Source: the human T2T-CHM13v2.0 reference genome, Homo sapiens. Taken from it: DNA of 64,000 nucleotides. Each line of letters begins with the position of its first letter. Positions within the stretch are counted from its first letter, which is position 1. Positions 58,936 to 64,000 of this stretch are shown here, in pieces. The DNA is taken from assembly GCF_009914755.1 (NCBI RefSeq), contig NC_060934.1; one strand, 5' to 3'. The translations under genes were made by a program, and so were the position numbers. Below the pieces are notes generated by a model that did no database searches, was not told the DNA's origin, and saw only the letters and a program-made list of their open reading frames with translations.

Positions 58936-60829
58936 ACTAAACAGCTTTGATCCAATGCTGTATTTAAATAAATGCTATCTATTTTGGTTAACTAAGAAAC
59001 CTTTTATGCCTTGATTTGCCCAGACTAGACTAGACTAAACTTGCCTGGACTAGACTCTAATGTCTAAAATTACCATCTAGTCTTTCTTTTTTTAATCATA
59101 TAATTGTTTGATTTGTTCCATATTTCTGTTTAACTTTAGAAAAAGTATGTTTTTTGTGTCACCATCTGCTAAAGGCCTTTTCAACTTGATTTGCTGGATA
59201 GTTTTAATATTCTTTGACTAGTGAGGCAAGTGAAAAACAAATTTACCTCATCTTTAAAACATGTTTAACAAGGTGGCTGTATTTTATCATTGCCATTGCT
59301 GTTTTGGCTTTTATTAAGAGCAATGACTAAAAATAACATTTTATTTACTGTTTTTTAGCCCATGTACATATATTTTGAATGATTTAACTGCATAATAGGT
59401 ACTCAGTGAGTTTCACTTTTTCATTTGCTACTTGTTTACTAGTGCTTCGGTTCACCTTTAGCATCAATGATCACATCCATTTAAAATTGATTAGACAGTT
59501 TAACTTTGAATTTAACACTGGATATGGCTAAGAGAGATAAGTTTTTAAATAGGAGTGTGAAGCCTTAATTTTGTGCTGCTTCTCATGTCAGTGGAATCAG
59601 AATTTTGTGTTTCTTCTATGAACTGTGGAAATCTAGAGCTGTATTGTGAAGGATTAGCACCACAGAGATAAACAAGTTTTCCTGGCTTCTCATAAAAGCT
59701 CAAATCTCTAAAATCCCTGAGGATTGTGAATTAACTGCATTTAGATTCTTTCAGATATTAGTGTCTTGGGCTTCAGAGTCTGAAGTTCCAGGATGGTAAT
59801 ATTCCTTGCTATTGACCACATAGTTTGCCAGAGAGGAAAACTTTTCGTTAATATTTAGGTGTCAGATTATTCCATATAGAACTATTTTGCTAATATTATG
59901 ACAGTTAAATTTCCATGTCCTCTATTTCTAACTCCTAACCCTTGGAGTAATGAGAAGCTGTGAGAAAGTGTTAGTATCAGGAGGTTTCAGTACCCTTGTA
60001 GCTGGTTCAATAAATGTAGTTTCATCATTGGTGAAGAATAAAATAGTACCTCATAAAACTTTCTTGAAAAATGAATTGGAATGCCCTTAATAAAGAAGTA
60101 CTGTATATGGATTTCAAACAAGCCCAGGAATTATAATCACAGAATAATTAGAGATTTTAAGATCCAAAATCGGGGTGAAATGCCATTTGGATACTATGGT
60201 TATTGGGGAACTTTGCTTTTTTAACCATCTTTATTAATGAGATTAAAAAACTGTAAAAAATGCAGGTAACTAGGAGGTGCTGTAAGTATAACTGTAAGAG
60301 AAATAATTCAGAAAGCGGGGCTTAAGGATTAGATGCATAGAAAAGAGGTAATAAAAGCGAAATATTCTTTAAAAATAAAAATGAGAGACCTGTGGAAAGA
60401 AATAATACACCAAGCAGGGTGGCAAGCTATAAGGTTAAAGGAGACCCTAAAGGCAGGAAATTAGATGTGATCTGCAAAGTGATTTAGTTAAAAGAAACAA
60501 CAAAACAAAAAGGAGGAGAGCATATTTGAGAGAGAAGCATGAGGTAATTTAGAGATTATTTATACTAAAATATCATCACATAAAAATTAGGACATTATTA
60601 CCTTTTTCAGTATGTATGGATTTACTCAAAAATACTTGAATATATCTGGACACTAATGAATGTCAGAAAAGTGGGGGGGGTTTCAAAAGAAAAAAAATTC
60701 ATTAAAGATTACTAGAGGCACTGATGTTCTGGAGTGAGTTAGAAAAGTTATGCATTAATTAGACCAAGGATAGAGTGAATTAATAATTGCATTTTATATT
60801 AGTGCATTGTTAAATCATATAACATTTAT

Positions 60830-61020
60830 TGTCTACTACATGCCAGATGTATTAGATGTTTTATGTGGCTGCATAACCTCATTTCATACTCATTTACCCT
60901 ATGAGGAAACAGGCTTACAGGATTGTTAACATTTACTCAAGGTCAAACAACTCCATGTAGCATAGCTAGAATTCCAACCCATGTCTGTCTGACTAGTAGG
61001 TGCTCTTAGCCACTCTGTAA
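60830..61020 (-). mobile_element. MIR
   Basis: atgaggaaacaggcttacag ... caaggtca ... gaattccaacccatgtctgtctgact. Confidence 0.65.
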
Positions 61021-61627
61021 CTAATCATTGTGTACTTATGTATGTGGGATATAGCTATCAACATAGGAAATTCATTGGGATATTAGCATAATGGAGGTAT
61101 GTAATTTGTGATAAATGTTCAGAGGTTTCCAAACAAATGCAGTTTACCTTACTGTAAATTAAACTTAAAAATTTGTACGGGCCTTTGGCTTAATTCAGAG
61201 ATCTGCCCATGGGGTTCTATTACTTTGCTCTTTAACTTTGTTCGATCCTTCTTGGATCAGTCTTGCAATTCATTCTTGTCTTTTCCTGAATAACATCTAT
61301 GTTTTGCCCTCTTTTGAGTGCTATCTTAATATGCCAGCCTATTTCTACCTTTCTTGTGCAGGGTAGCATAATTTTTACTTTCCATTATACCTCAGTCCCA
61401 CACCTTGTTGTCTGTTTATTTCAATACCTAAGATACTTATCCTCAGTTCCTAGCTTACTTTAGTTCTGAAAGTTGGATATCCATAATTGTAGTGGTCTTA
61501 AATCTGTAAAACACATATGGATGGGAAACCACTGAATAATGTAAATAAATATGAATAACGATGATAAAATAAAAATAATAAAAATAACTGAGTTCAATGA
61601 TATTAAAAACATAAGTCAGTTTAACTA

Positions 61628-61917
61628 TTTTTTTTTTGAGACAGGGTCTCTGTCACCAAGGCTAGAGTTCAGTGGCATGATCATGGCTCACTGCAGCCTT
61701 GACCTCCCCCGGGTCAGGTGATCCTCCCACCTCAGCCTCCCAAGTAGCTGAGACTAGGGGTGCATGCCACCACACCCAGCTAATTTTTGGATTTTTTGTA
61801 GAGACAGGGTCTCACTGTGTTGCCCAGGCTGGTCTTGAACTCCTAGGTTCAGGTGATCCTCCCATATCAGCCTCCCAAAGTGTTGGGATTACAGGCATGA
61901 TCCACTGCACCCAGCCC
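61628..61917 (-). mobile_element. AluJ
   Basis: gagacagggtctc, tcatggctcactgcagccttgacctcc, ggtgatcctccc. Confidence 0.9.
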
Positions 61918-62295
61918 AATTGCCCTTTTTTATAGATAAATAAGCTAAGGCTCAGAGAGACTAAATGATGTGAATAAAAAGTAGGTAATTAAAGAAACAT
62001 GCAAATCTATATTTTTCTTCCAAGTCCATGGACTTTTCCGTTACTATATATCATGCTCTCTCCCAGTTTAGTTTCTTGTTGGGCTTCTAGTTTGAATATT
62101 GTGTTATACGGGTGAATGTTATGTTATATGGATAATAAATACTCAATGTATAATTTCACATGGTACTGGGTCTTAGACTTGTTTAATTAATTCATTAATT
62201 CCTAAAGTCTAAAGTTAAATTGAATGAGCTTCTAAGAAAAATGTATGTTAACCTACACCTTTGCTGATTTTGATGCCCATGGAGAAGAGTCTTAC

Positions 62296-62490
62296 CTAGC
62301 CACAAGGGAGGCTGAGGTAGGAGAATCACTTGAGCCTGGAGGTTGAGGCTGCAGTGAGTCATGATTGTGCCTCTGCACTCCAGCCTGGGCAAGAGTGAGA
62401 CCCTGTCTCAAGGAAACAAAACAAAACAAAACAAAACAAAACAAAACAAAACAAAACAAAAAACAAAACAAAAAACAAAACAAAACAGAA
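62296..62490 (+). mobile_element. AluJ right-arm fragment with a (CAAAA)n tail
   Basis: gaggctgaggtaggagaatcacttgagcctggagg ... ccctgtctc then a CAAAA repeat. Confidence 0.88.
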
Positions 62491-63122
62491 GAGCAATTGA
62501 ACTATATATCAAAAGGGTTTAAAATATCAGTTCTTGGAACTAGTGCCAAGTCATAGAGAAGTTTTCATTGGCCTTCTGTTAAATTAGACAAATCCAGAAA
62601 ATTTAGTGAGTTCTTCATAAAGTTGAATTTATTCACTTTAACACATTGTATTATTCTGAAATTAAATATTTCTACATTTGATGTTAAAATATAATTTTTC
62701 AAATTACGTTGTAATTAGAATATGGTTTTCTTTTTGCTCTTCACAAAATCAAAACAATTCTCTTATTTTTGTTGAAATTTTGGTAGTCTGTTGAATGAAA
62801 AGATTGAGAAATATTGACTAGACCTCTAAAGCCATACTCAGAAAGAGGAGTATATAAATCTATAACATAAAAATAGTAACTCTGCTATTTACTCTTATCT
62901 ACTAATATTATAATAAACTGCATAAGAATAATCTGGTGAATGCTGCCAGAAATGTCAAGTTAAAAAACCAAAAAGGATGAAAAGTTTAAAAGTCTGATAA
63001 AAAACTTACTGTTCTTAATATATATTAAAGAATTTCCAAGTAAGATGGTACTTTTGGGCATGAGCATCAAACTATCCCCTCCATAAGACCTGGGCCAAAA
63101 TGAGTAAGAAATGAAAATAGAG

Positions 63123-63492
<370 letters not shown>

Positions 63493-64000
63493 TCAACATT
63501 ATACTCCCTGAGTAATATGTGTCATATAATTTATCCATGGAATCCCATTGTAAAAGTTTGTATTCCTCCTCCTCCTCAGAAAATCACACAGTATTGCAGG
63601 AAAAATAGTAAAGAAGCTCTTGGAAGATCTGTGCTGTCACCCTGTGATTGGATAGAGTGAAGGATGGACAGCTAGCAACTTCACTTGGAATTTTCCTTGT
63701 TGCCATGGATTAATAATTATTGAAAGCAGATATGCTAGGGGCCACAGAAAGTGAAGCTTTATCTCCTGATGGTAATGAGGCTTACCTCTAAAGTGGTAAG
63801 ACACTTCTCCATGGGAATCAGCAATTCAAGGGAAGAATTCAAACTTAGTTACAAATTGTAACTGGAAGAAAAAGTCAGACCAGGCAGAATACTGGTAGTA
63901 GAAAGCCAGCCCCTGATTAGTAGATTAACCAAACCAAGAGAATAAACTAATATGAAGTTTCTTTGCTGTGATTCTCCATATCTCTAGTTCTTTTTTCTCT

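Overview
Human genomic DNA: two near-consensus AluYa5 insertions point to human. The window holds about 14 kb of upstream sequence, the CpG-island promoter and first coding exon of PHYHIPL (+ strand, MEVPRLDHALNSPTSPCEEVIKNLSLEAIQLCDRD-g|gt), and about 49 kb of intron 1. I found no exon 2, so it probably lies beyond the window. About 630 bp downstream of exon 1 is a candidate alternative first exon (MCCDSDFVA-a|gtacgt, same splice phase). It is preceded by a near-perfect REST/RE1 site, an AP-1 site and two 5-codon uORFs. The rest is mostly retrotransposons (L1s, Alus, solo LTRs, MIR/L2/L3, MER DNA transposons), and nearly all ORF-track entries are L1, Alu or chance ORFs. I found no new gene system. 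The most unusual structure is at 43.6-47.9 kb: a 45-bp duplication sandwiching an inverted 50-bp copy of a neighbouring L1 5'UTR, with two microhomology-flanked deletions in that same L1, together resembling a template-switching scar. Also notable are apparent gene-conversion patches between neighbouring L1s, a 22-bp candidate L1 3' transduction, a reused retrotransposon target site and a perfect 58-bp (TA)n palindrome. Repeat subfamily calls come from remembered consensus features, and boundaries of old repeats are approximate.
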